In this document: piece after piece, positions 1 through 8,536 of the stretch
Position numbering within the stretch: position 1 is the stretch's first letter
Layout of the letters: every line of letters starts with the position of its first letter
Assembly (NCBI GenBank): GCA_035593465.1
Contig: DAOSVE010000002.1
Coordinates: 1 to 49,091 of the forward strand
DNA from: Candidatus Atribacteria bacterium
GTDB lineage: Bacteria; Atribacterota; Atribacteria; Atribacterales; Caldatribacteriaceae
Direction: 5' to 3'
DNA: 49,091 nucleotides
Program-made: the position numbers and the translations under genes
The notes under the pieces: model-generated
Told to the model about the DNA's origin: nothing
Database searches by the model: none
The model's input: only the letters and a program-made list of their open reading frames with translations

Positions 1-253
1 AGCGTAGTCTTCTCAGAGAGAAAAGCCAGCGTTTCCCATTGTGGTCTAAGAGAGCCCTCTTTCTTCGGTCATAAGGTTTTAGTTCTCCCTGGCAGTAAGG
101 ACAGTGAAGGGTTTACATTATATCTGGCAATTTAGAGACAGACAATCTCGGTAGCTTTTGGACGTTCTGGGTTGGTAGAAATAGGAGAAGGAAAGAACAT
201 GTATGACTCTCCCCTCAAGTAAAAGAGAAATGAGAAGGAGGTGAATATGGTTG

Positions 254-283
254 TTGACATTTTATAGGGTAGGGTGGTATACT
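254..283 (+). promoter_or_regulatory. Candidate sigma-70 type promoter of csoR-copA with possible CsoR operator in the spacer
   Basis: TTGACA at 254-259 and TATACT at 278-283 with an 18 nt spacer. The spacer TATAGGGTAGGGTGGTATAC is a G-tract pseudo-palindrome like GC-rich CsoR boxes. A GAGG SD at 305-308 precedes ATG 317. Confidence 0.45.
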
Positions 284-316
284 ATATTAAAACAAAAAAT
301 TAGTGAGGTTAAAAAA

Positions 317-640
317 ATGGAAGAAATAAACAACCATGAAGGCAATAGTTTAGAGGATAGCAGACATAGACTCTGGGATGATGAAAAGGTAGTGAAAGAA
401 ATTCTGGTGAGACTCAACCGGATTGAGGGTCAGGTGCGAGGAATTAAACGCATGGTTGAAGAAGAAGCGTATTGTGATGACATTTTAAACCAGATTGCTT
501 CCATTCAGTCTGCCCTTTATGGTGTAGCTCGCCTGCTTTTAGAGAAACATATGAAATCTTGCGTAAAGGAACAAATTTTATCTGGGGATGAGAGAGTTAT
601 TGATGAAGTTTTAGCTACTATTTTTCGGATGATGAAATAA
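317..640 (+). CDS. csoR: CsoR/RcnR-family copper-sensing transcriptional repressor (DUF156)
   Basis: RLNRIEGQVRGIKRMVEEEAYCDDILNQI...EKHMKSCV carries the C...H...C metal-ligand pattern. The gene lies directly upstream of copA. The ORF-track start 251 overlaps the promoter, and ATG 317 has an SD. Confidence 0.85.
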   Translation: MEEINNHEGNSLEDSRHRLWDDEKVVKEILVRLNRIEGQVRGIKRMVEEEAYCDDILNQIASIQSALYGVARLLLEKHMKSCVKEQILSGDERVIDEVLATIFRMMK

Positions 641-660
641 GAAATGTGGAGGTCTTAAAC

Positions 661-3060
661 ATGGAAGAGGAAAAGGAGAAAAATAATCAGATTCTTACTA
701 TTCCCATATCGGGGATGAAATGTGCAGCCTGTGCATCTCGAGTAGAAAAAGGACTAGCAGAGATTCCCGGGATTCATTCAGTAAATGTTAACTTAGCTTC
801 AGGTAAAGCGACGGTAGGCTACGACGTGGGGAAAGTTGATTTTCAGGATATAGTGGATAAAGTGTCCCAAATTGGTTATGAGGTTCCAGAAGAAGAAATA
901 GAACTCTTGATTGAAGGGATGTCTTGTTCTTCTTGTGCAGCAAGGATTGAGAAAAAACTTAACACCCTTCCGGGAGTTAAAAGGGCGGCGGTAAACTTAG
1001 CTTCTAATAAAGCCTATATTCAGTTTGTGCCCGGAATAATTAATCAGGCTGAGATAGAAGAATCTATAGAATCTCTGGGATATGGTGTTCAAACTCCTTC
1101 TCGTGCCCTTTCAGAAAGAGGAAAAGGACGAAAACGAAACAGAGAAAACTGGCAGAAAATTAGATTTTTAGCGGCTCTTTTTTTATCGTTTCCTCTTTTT
1201 TATATGATGGTAGCCAATTGGGTGGGGAAAGGTCAGTTTATGATTGACCCCTGGATTCAGCTCCTTCTTGCTACCCCGGTGCAATTTTTCTCCGGTTGGC
1301 CTTTTTACCGGGGAGCTTATCATTCTTTGAAGTCAGGTAGCGCCAGTATGGATGTCCTTGTAGCTTTAGGAACTTCGGTAGCTTATTTTTATAGTTTAAT
1401 TTCTTTAGTAGCTGGTTGGGGAGTATTTTACTTTGAATCCTCTGCTATGTTGATTACCATAATTTTATTGGGAAAACTGCTGGAAGAGAGAGCTAAAGGG
1501 AAAGCCTCTGAAGCTATAGAAAAACTGGTAAAGTTGCAACCTGAGGTTGCTCATGTTCTTCAAAATGAAATGGAAAAAGATATTCCGGCAGAAAGAGTAA
1601 AAGTGGGAGATATGGTGATAGTAAGACCTGGTGAGCGCATCCCCGTAGATGGCGTAATTGTAGAGGGGAACTCTGCCGTAGACGAATCTTTGCTTACCGG
1701 CGAGAGTATGCCAGTAGAAAAACATCCTGGTTGCGAAGTTATAGGAGGCTCCATAAACCGGGAAGGCAGCTTTATTTTCCGGGCTACTAAAGTAGGGTCT
1801 CGTATGGTGTTAGCTCGCATTGTTAAAATGGTAGAAGAAGCACAAGGCTCCAAAGCACCCCTTGAGCGTTTAGCTGACCGAGTTTCTGCTGTATTTGTTC
1901 CCGTAATTATCGCTCTTTCAGTCATTACTTTTTTGGGCTGGTATATAGAAGGGGCCGGTTTTGCTAATGCTCTTATGCATATGGTCACTGTTTTAGTGGT
2001 AGCTTGTCCTTGTGCTTTAGGTTTAGCTACTCCTACTGCAGTTATGGTGGGAATTGGTCTGGGAGCAGAAAAGGGGATTTTCTTCCGGGGAGGAGAATAC
2101 TTAGAAGGAATAGAAAAAGTAAATACCTTTCTTTTAGATAAGACTGGTACCGTCACCTGGGGAACTCCCTCAGTTGATGATTTTTTTATCCCTTCTCTTT
2201 TTGATGTAAATGAAACCTGGGCAATAATTGCTTCAGGAGAAAAACGGTCTGAGCACCCTTTAGGTCAAGCTCTGAATAAGTATGGAGAAAAACTTGGGGT
2301 GCCTAACAGGGAAATAAAGAATTTTGAGGCTTTACCGGGGAAAGGAATTCGTTTTCAATACCAGGATGAGGTCTGGTATATAGGAACAGAGGAACTTTTG
2401 AAATCTCAAGGAGTAGATTTAACGGAGGTAGCAGAGTATAAAAAGCGATGGGAGAGAGAAGGTAAAACTGTAGTTTTAGCTGCAACCCGGGGGAAGGTAA
2501 GAGCGGTTATTGCTGTCGTTGATACTATAAGAGATGAAGCTCGAGAGGTTGTGTCCGAGCTAAAACGAATGAGGTTAGAGGTAGCGATGGTAACCGGTGA
2601 CCACGAAATAGTAGCTCAAGCTATAGCCCAGAAAGCTGGTATTGATAAAGTTTTTTCTGAAATTATGCCTGATGAAAAAGTGGAGATAGTCAGAAAATTA
2701 AAAGAAGAAGGAAAAGTAGTGGCTATGGTGGGAGATGGCATAAATGATGCTCCAGCTCTTGCCCAGGCTGATGTAGGAATAGCTATAGGTACGGGAACTG
2801 ACATCGCTATAGAGAGTGCGGATGTAATTTTGATGAATGGGGAACTGAAGAGTCTGATTTCTGCTTTACGTCTTTCTCAGTTTACCCGAAGGAAAATAAA
2901 ACAAAATTTAGTCTGGGCGTTTGTCTACAATCTGATTACCGTACCTTTAGCTATGTTTGGTGTTTTTACCCCAGTTATGGGAGGAACGGCTATGGCTCTT
3001 AGCTCCGTTTCTGTGGTTACTAATTCTCTTTTGCTTAAGCGATATAGAAACAAGATTTAA
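661..3060 (+). CDS. copA: Copper-translocating P1B-type ATPase
   Basis: Two N-terminal HMA domains (GMKCAACASRVEK, GMSCSSCAARIEKK), CPC motif (ACPCALGLATP), DKTGTVT, SEHPL, GDGINDAP. ATG 661 lies 8 nt after GGAGG; the ORF-track GTG 646 is an alternative start. Confidence 0.95.
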   Translation: MEEEKEKNNQILTIPISGMKCAACASRVEKGLAEIPGIHSVNVNLASGKATVGYDVGKVDFQDIVDKVSQIGYEVPEEEIELLIEGMSCSSCAARIEKKLNTLPGVKRAAVNLASNKAYIQFVPGIINQAEIEESIESLGYGVQTPSRALSERGKGRKRNRENWQKIRFLAALFLSFPLFYMMVANWVGKGQFMIDPWIQLLLATPVQFFSGWPFYRGAYHSLKSGSASMDVLVALGTSVAYFYSLISLVAGWGVFYFESSAMLITIILLGKLLEERAKGKASEAIEKLVKLQPEVAHVLQNEMEKDIPAERVKVGDMVIVRPGERIPVDGVIVEGNSAVDESLLTGESMPVEKHPGCEVIGGSINREGSFIFRATKVGSRMVLARIVKMVEEAQGSKAPLERLADRVSAVFVPVIIALSVITFLGWYIEGAGFANALMHMVTVLVVACPCALGLATPTAVMVGIGLGAEKGIFFRGGEYLEGIEKVNTFLLDKTGTVTWGTPSVDDFFIPSLFDVNETWAIIASGEKRSEHPLGQALNKYGEKLGVPNREIKNFEALPGKGIRFQYQDEVWYIGTEELLKSQGVDLTEVAEYKKRWEREGKTVVLAATRGKVRAVIAVVDTIRDEAREVVSELKRMRLEVAMVTGDHEIVAQAIAQKAGIDKVFSEIMPDEKVEIVRKLKEEGKVVAMVGDGINDAPALAQADVGIAIGTGTDIAIESADVILMNGELKSLISALRLSQFTRRKIKQNLVWAFVYNLITVPLAMFGVFTPVMGGTAMALSSVSVVTNSLLLKRYRNKI

Positions 3061-3118
3061 GCGAGTTTTTAGACATTCCCGTTGGGGCTGGATATCTGAA
3101 ATAGGTAATAGCCATCTT

Positions 3119-3155
3119 GAAATGATGTTTTTACAAAAACATCATTTCTTTATCC
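3119..3155 (+). terminator. Rho-independent terminator candidate after copA
   Basis: GAAATGATGTT / AACATCATTTC inverted repeat at 3119-3148, followed by TTTAT. Confidence 0.5.
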
Positions 3156-3224
3156 TGTAAAATATGTAAGATGAATTATCTCTATGTTAAAATGAAAAAT
3201 AAATTTAGGAGGACTAATTTATAA

Positions 3225-3677
3225 ATGAATAAAAATAGAGGAGTAACATTCAATTTCTTTCGTTCCTGGCGTTTACGCTGGCAGATCGCTTCCCTAGAGA
3301 AGGAAAGAGAAGAATCTCTTCTCCGGTTAGGAAAGAAAGTTTATGAGCTTTTTGTAGAACGGAAAAACTGGGGAAAAGAAGAAGTAAGAGAAAATTGCCA
3401 GGAAGTGCTCTCTATTGAGGAAGAAATCGAAGATTTAGAAGAAAATATACGTCGTTTGGGAGGCAATAAACCCCGGCGAGTTTGCCCTTCTTGTGGAGAA
3501 TACATAGAAGAGAGTTCTCTTTATTGCCCTCGCTGTGGTTTTTATCAGAAGCAAGAATTAACTTGTTCTCAATGCGGGGAGAAAATAAACCCTCAAGACA
3601 GTTTTTGCCCTCACTGTGGCCAGGAAATTAAAAAATCTTCCCCCGATAAAACAAAGGAGAAAGAAGAAAATGATTGA
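3225..3677 (+). CDS. Coiled-coil plus double zinc-ribbon protein, function unknown
   Basis: Two CxxC-N-CxxC ribbons (CPSCGEYIEESSLYCPRCG, CSQCGEKINPQDSFCPHCG) follow a charged helical N-terminus. The 3' end overlaps the purB start by 8 nt. Confidence 0.6.
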   Translation: MNKNRGVTFNFFRSWRLRWQIASLEKEREESLLRLGKKVYELFVERKNWGKEEVRENCQEVLSIEEEIEDLEENIRRLGGNKPRRVCPSCGEYIEESSLYCPRCGFYQKQELTCSQCGEKINPQDSFCPHCGQEIKKSSPDKTKEKEEND

Positions 3678-4971
3678 AAGATACACTCTTCCAGAAATGA
3701 AAAAAATCTGGGATGATGCTCATCGATTCGAAATCTGGCTGAAAATCGAGCTTTTAGCTTTAGAAGCTCAACAAAAATTAGGTCTTCTATCTCCAGGAGA
3801 TTTAGAGAAAATCAAAAAGGGGGTTTCTTTTTCCCCCGATAGAATGCAAGAAATAGAAAAAATAACCCATCATGATGTCATTGCTTTTCTAAGTACTCTG
3901 TCGGAAAACTTAGGACCTGAATCTCGATTTATTCATTTTGGCATGACTTCTTCCGATGTTTTAGATACCGCTAATGCTTTTTTGATGAAGGAAGCTTTGG
4001 ACTTAGTGTTAAAAGATATAGATGGAGTGCTGAATTCCATTAAGAACAAAGCTTTACAATACCGCTATACCTTAATAGTGGGAAGAACTCACGGCGTTCA
4101 TGCTGAGCCTACTACTTTTGGACTGAAGATGGCAGTATGGTATGCAGAGATGCTTCGTAATAAAGAAAGGTTAGAAAAAGCCAGGGAAAATATCAGGGTG
4201 GGGAAAATTTCCGGAGCAGTGGGAAATTTTGCCCATCTTGACCCTGGAGTGGAAGAATACGTATGTAAGGAATTAGGTTTAGAACCCGACCCTGTTTCTA
4301 CTCAGATTGTTCAAAGAGACCGCTATGCCGAGGTAATCTGGGCTTTAGCTATGGTAGGGGGAAGTTTAGAGAAATTTGCTGTAGAGCTGCGTAGTCTTCA
4401 GAGAACAGAAATTAGAGAAGTAGAAGAAGGATTCAGTAAAGGGCAAAAAGGTTCATCTGCTATGCCTCACAAGAAAAATCCCATTACTGGAGAGCAAATT
4501 TGTGGATTGAGCCGGGTTTTACGGGGTAATCTGATGGCAGCACTGGAAAATATCCCCCTCTGGCATGAACGAGATATCTCTCATTCTTCAGTAGAAAGAA
4601 TAATTCTTCCCGATTGCTTCATTTTAACTGATTATTTGCTTCATACTTTCCAGCGCTTATTGGATAATTTGGTGGTTTACCCGGAAAATATGAAGAAAAA
4701 TCTGGAGAAAAGTCGAGGGTTAGTTTTTTCAGAGAGAATACTTTTAGAATTGATAAAAAAGGGGTTAACTCGGGAAGAAGCTTATGCTTTAGTGCAACGC
4801 TGTGCTATGAGAACCTGGGAAGATGAAAGCTTATCTTTTCTCGAGGTTCTTAAAAATGACTCCTCCATTCGGGAATACTTTTCTCCCGAGGAGCTGGAAT
4901 CCTTTTTCGATTATAATTATTTCCTTCGCCAGGTGGATTTTATTTTGAAAAAGGTAGGTATAGAGGGATGA
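3670..4971 (+). CDS. purB: Adenylosuccinate lyase
   Basis: Fumarate-lyase signature GSSAMPHKKNP and family-typical N-terminus MIERYTLPEM. The ORF-track start 3616 lies inside the upstream gene; ATG 3670 is in frame. Confidence 0.93.
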   Translation: MIERYTLPEMKKIWDDAHRFEIWLKIELLALEAQQKLGLLSPGDLEKIKKGVSFSPDRMQEIEKITHHDVIAFLSTLSENLGPESRFIHFGMTSSDVLDTANAFLMKEALDLVLKDIDGVLNSIKNKALQYRYTLIVGRTHGVHAEPTTFGLKMAVWYAEMLRNKERLEKARENIRVGKISGAVGNFAHLDPGVEEYVCKELGLEPDPVSTQIVQRDRYAEVIWALAMVGGSLEKFAVELRSLQRTEIREVEEGFSKGQKGSSAMPHKKNPITGEQICGLSRVLRGNLMAALENIPLWHERDISHSSVERIILPDCFILTDYLLHTFQRLLDNLVVYPENMKKNLEKSRGLVFSERILLELIKKGLTREEAYALVQRCAMRTWEDESLSFLEVLKNDSSIREYFSPEELESFFDYNYFLRQVDFILKKVGIEG

Positions 4972-5999
4972 ATATAGAGGAGAGATGGAGTTATAAAAAA
5001 GCAGGGGTGGATATAGACTTAGGAGATAAGCTAATCCAGGATATAAAAGGTTTAGTCTCTCGCACCTACCGGCCTGAGGTTATCTCTGGGGTAGGAGGTT
5101 TCTCGGGGGTTTTTCAGTTAGGAGAAAAATGGAATGAGCCCTGTTTAGTGGCGGGAAGCGACGGAGTAGGCACTAAATTAAAAATAGCCATCGATTTGGA
5201 TAAACACGATACTGTGGGTATTGACCTCGTAGCTATGTGCGTTAATGATGTCTTATGTGTGGGGGCTGAACCGATATTTTTCCTCGATTATTTAGCTTGC
5301 GGAAGATTAGAAGAGGGAAAGTTCAAAAGCATACTATCGGGAATCGTCCGGGGATGCGAGGAGGCAGGTTGTACTCTTTTGGGAGGAGAAACGGCAGAGA
5401 TGCCTGATTTTTATAAAGAAGGCGACTATGACTTAGCTGGCTTTGCCGTGGGGGTAGCAGAAAAAAAGGCTTTAATCGATGGAGGAAAAATTCAAAAAGG
5501 AGATATCCTTTTGGGATTGGCTTCTTCAGGCCTGCACAGTAATGGTTACTCTCTGGTGAGGAAGGTTTTACAATCTCAAGGAATGAGCCTTTCCAGTCAG
5601 ATTGAGGGAAAAATACTGGGAGAAGAATTACTGCGTCCCACTAGAATTTATGTAAAATCGGTTCTTCCTCTTTTTCGGGAAGTAGAGGTAAAAGGAGTGT
5701 CTCACATAACCGGAGGAGGGATGGTGGGAAATATTCCCCGGGTTCTTCCTCCTCATTTGGGAGTTAAAATTTATAAATCTAAAATTGAAATTCCTGGGAT
5801 TTTTTCTTATATTCAAAAACTGGGTAACATTGAAGAAGAAGAGATGTGGAGAGTATTTAATTTAGGCATAGGTTTAGTGCTTATTGTCTCTCGAGAGGAG
5901 GCAGATAAAGCTTCCCGTATATTAGAAAAAGAAGGAGAAAAAGTTACCGTGATTGGTGAAGTAATAGAAAGCGATAGGAAGGTGCTGGTAGTTGAGTGA
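4968..5999 (+). CDS. purM: Phosphoribosylformylglycinamidine cyclo-ligase (AIR synthetase)
   Basis: YKKAGVDID, SDGVGTKLKIA and GGETAEMP motifs. Start overlaps the purB stop by 4 nt. Confidence 0.93.
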   Translation: MNIEERWSYKKAGVDIDLGDKLIQDIKGLVSRTYRPEVISGVGGFSGVFQLGEKWNEPCLVAGSDGVGTKLKIAIDLDKHDTVGIDLVAMCVNDVLCVGAEPIFFLDYLACGRLEEGKFKSILSGIVRGCEEAGCTLLGGETAEMPDFYKEGDYDLAGFAVGVAEKKALIDGGKIQKGDILLGLASSGLHSNGYSLVRKVLQSQGMSLSSQIEGKILGEELLRPTRIYVKSVLPLFREVEVKGVSHITGGGMVGNIPRVLPPHLGVKIYKSKIEIPGIFSYIQKLGNIEEEEMWRVFNLGIGLVLIVSREEADKASRILEKEGEKVTVIGEVIESDRKVLVVE

Positions 6000-6606
6000 T
6001 AAAAAAATAGTGGTATTGGTCTCTGGTAGAGGAACCAATCTTCAAGCCTTGATAGAAGCTACTCAAAGTGGCTACATACCGGGAAAGATTAGTCTGGTGA
6101 TTAGTGATAACCCTCAAGCGCTTGCCCTCCAGCGAGCTCGTAAAGCTTCTATCCCTACTTTAATTTTAGATTATAACACTTTTCCTCATAAGAGAGCTTA
6201 TGAAGATGCCCTTCTTCAAGTGTTGGAAAAAGAGAGTCCTTATCTTATTTGTTTAGCTGGTTATATGCGGATAGTGGGAAAGAAAATAATTGCTCAGTTC
6301 CAGCAGCGGATTATGAATATTCATCCTTCTCTTCTTCCTGCTTTTCCTGGGTTAGAAGCTCAAAAGCAAGCCTTAGAATATGGAGTTAAGGTGAGTGGAT
6401 GCACTGTTCATTTGGTCGATGAAGGGATGGATACCGGGCCAATAATTTTACAGGCTTCTTGTCCAGTTGAAGATGAAGATACGGTAGAATCTTTATCGGA
6501 ACGGATTTTGCAGTATGAACACCAAATTTATCCTCAAGCAGTCAAACTATTTCTGGAAGATAAATTGAACGTGGTGGGACGGAGGGTATTCGTTAGAAAG
6601 GGGTGA
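5992..6606 (+). CDS. purN: Phosphoribosylglycinamide formyltransferase
   Basis: VLVSGRGTNLQALI, NIHPSLLPAFPG, GCTVHLVDEGMDTGPII. TTG start overlaps the purM stop. Confidence 0.92.
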   Translation: MSDKKIVVLVSGRGTNLQALIEATQSGYIPGKISLVISDNPQALALQRARKASIPTLILDYNTFPHKRAYEDALLQVLEKESPYLICLAGYMRIVGKKIIAQFQQRIMNIHPSLLPAFPGLEAQKQALEYGVKVSGCTVHLVDEGMDTGPIILQASCPVEDEDTVESLSERILQYEHQIYPQAVKLFLEDKLNVVGRRVFVRKG

Positions 6607-7892
6607 AAAAATTGAAAGTTATGGTAGTAGGAAGCGGAGGAAGAGAACATTGTTTAGCTTGGAAAATATCTCATAGTAAACTGGTAGATAAGATTTATTG
6701 CGCGCCAGGAAATGGAGGAATGAGTGAAATTGGAGAATGTGTTCCCTGGAAATCTCTCTCCGACCTGGTTTCTTTTGCTCAAGAAGAAAAAATTAACCTC
6801 ACTCTTGTGGGTCCAGAAGCTCCTCTATCTCAGGGCATTGTAGATCTCTTTGAAGCTCATTCTCTTCCCATTATTGGCCCAGACCAGAGAGGGGCGCTTT
6901 TAGAGTCCAGCAAAATTTTTGCTAAAAATTTTATGAAAAAATACCAAATTCCTACTTCTTCTTTTGAGACTTTTGATGATTATGAGGAAGCAGTAGATTA
7001 TCTTAAAAAAAGAGACGCATATCCTTTAGTGATTAAAGCTGACGGTTTAGCGGGGGGTAAAGGAGTTTATGTCGCCTATGATGTAGATGAGGCGTTAGAT
7101 GCTTTAACGGAACTTATGGTGGACCTAAAATTCGGTGGTGCTGGAGAGCGGATAGTAATAGAAGATTTTTTAGAAGGAGAAGAAGCTACGCTAATGGTGC
7201 TCTGGGATGGTAAATCTTATTTTCTTCTTCCTTCTTCTCAAGACCACAAAAGAGTGGGAGAGGGAGATATTGGTCCTAATACTGGGGGGATGGGCGCTTA
7301 TTCTCCTGCCCCGGTAGTAGATGAAATAGTACGGGAAAAAATAGAAAAAGAGATTGTTCATCCCCTTTTAGAAGGTATTGAAAAAGAGAAATTAAGATAT
7401 CGGGGAGTTATTTATCTGGGTGTTATGGTAGATAAAGAAAAAGAACCCCGGGTTTTAGAATTTAATGTGCGTTTAGGTGACCCTGAAGCTCAGGTAGTGC
7501 TTCCCCGAGTGAACAATGACTGGTTAGAAGTGAATCTGGCCATCTGGGAAGGAAAGCTGGATAAAATCAAATTCTCGGTAAATGATTCTCCTATGTTAGG
7601 AGTAGTTTTAGCCAGTAAAGGTTATCCCGGTAATTATGAAGTGGGTAAAAAGATTTCTGGTCTAGAAAAATTCCCCAACCGGGTAGATGATGAGGTCTTA
7701 GTTTTTCATGCTGGAACAGAAAAAAGGGCCGATGGTTTTTATACTGCAGGGGGAAGAGTTTTAAATGTTTGCGCTCGAGGCAAAACTTTGCAAGAAGCCA
7801 AAGACAAAGCCTACCGAGCAATAACAGAAATTCACTTTGAGAATATTTATTATCGTCGAGATATTGGCTTTCGAGCCATAGGAGAGAAGTAA
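6603..7892 (+). CDS. purD: Phosphoribosylamine-glycine ligase (GAR synthetase)
   Basis: VVGSGGREHCLAWK N-terminus and ATP-grasp core (VIKADGLAGGKGV, EFNVRLGDPE). The start could be a few codons downstream (TTG 6612 or ATG 6621). Confidence 0.93.
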   Translation: MKKLKVMVVGSGGREHCLAWKISHSKLVDKIYCAPGNGGMSEIGECVPWKSLSDLVSFAQEEKINLTLVGPEAPLSQGIVDLFEAHSLPIIGPDQRGALLESSKIFAKNFMKKYQIPTSSFETFDDYEEAVDYLKKRDAYPLVIKADGLAGGKGVYVAYDVDEALDALTELMVDLKFGGAGERIVIEDFLEGEEATLMVLWDGKSYFLLPSSQDHKRVGEGDIGPNTGGMGAYSPAPVVDEIVREKIEKEIVHPLLEGIEKEKLRYRGVIYLGVMVDKEKEPRVLEFNVRLGDPEAQVVLPRVNNDWLEVNLAIWEGKLDKIKFSVNDSPMLGVVLASKGYPGNYEVGKKISGLEKFPNRVDDEVLVFHAGTEKRADGFYTAGGRVLNVCARGKTLQEAKDKAYRAITEIHFENIYYRRDIGFRAIGEK

Positions 7893-7893
7893 A

Positions 7894-8382
7894 ATGGCTT
7901 TAGTATATGTGATATGCGGAAGCAAAAGTGATTTAGAATACGGAAAAGAGTGTACCAGGATACTTGATAAGTTGGGTATTGAGAGCCAAATTTTTATTGC
8001 TTCTGCTCACCGTTCACCAGAAAGAGTGGATGAAATTGTAGAAAAAGGGGAAAGAGAAGGAGTAGGGGTAATTATTGCTCTTGCTGGTTTTGCCGCTCAT
8101 CTTCCCGGGGTGATAGCTTCGAAAACTATAATTCCTGTGATTGGAGTTCCTATTAATTCTTCTCCTCTTTTGGGGATCGATGCTCTCTTATCCATTGTTC
8201 AGATGCCAGGTGGAGTTCCATGTGCTGGTGTGGGGATTGGGAAATCAGGGGCTCAGAATGGGGCGATTTTAGCTGGGGAGATTTTAGCTTTACAGGATAG
8301 TAAAATAAAACAAAAGCTACAAGAATTAAGGCTGGAGCAGAAAAAAGCTGTTGAAAAAGCTAATGAAGAATTGTTAAAATAA
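7894..8382 (+). CDS. purE: PurE (N5-CAIR mutase / AIR carboxylase family)
   Basis: CGSKSDLEYG, SAHRSPERV and MPGGVPCAGVGIG motifs. No purK is present in the window. Confidence 0.92.
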   Translation: MALVYVICGSKSDLEYGKECTRILDKLGIESQIFIASAHRSPERVDEIVEKGEREGVGVIIALAGFAAHLPGVIASKTIIPVIGVPINSSPLLGIDALLSIVQMPGGVPCAGVGIGKSGAQNGAILAGEILALQDSKIKQKLQELRLEQKKAVEKANEELLK

Positions 8383-8423
8383 TAGCTCTGTTTTAGAGGG
8401 TTTTTTATCTAAGTTTCACAGCT

Positions 8424-8461
8424 ATTTTCATCCTGGAAACTAAAGTTTCCAGGATGAAAAT
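8424..8461. terminator. Perfect 17 bp hairpin between convergent purE and the ABC exporter operon; bidirectional terminator candidate
   Basis: ATTTTCATCCTGGAAAC (8424-8440), TAAA loop, GTTTCCAGGATGAAAAT (8445-8461). There is no strong U-run on either side. A weaker CTCT/AGAG hairpin with T6 lies at about 8387-8407. Confidence 0.45.
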
Positions 8462-8536
8462 AGAATTCGAAGTAGCTACTTCAAAGATTGTGTAGGTGTA
8501 TAAATATACCTGGAGTGGCTTTGGCATTAAAGAAGT

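Noticed and set aside
1-250. A partial CDS at the left edge (an open plus-strand frame for 53 codons to a TAG stop codon at 160-162).
   Set aside because: The translation has no recognizable motif and the region is too short to support a call.
1465-2804. Minus-strand ORFs inside copA (86, 198, 60 and 62 aa).
   Set aside because: They are antisense shadows of a strongly supported P-type ATPase gene. Their translations are low-complexity and they lack SDs.
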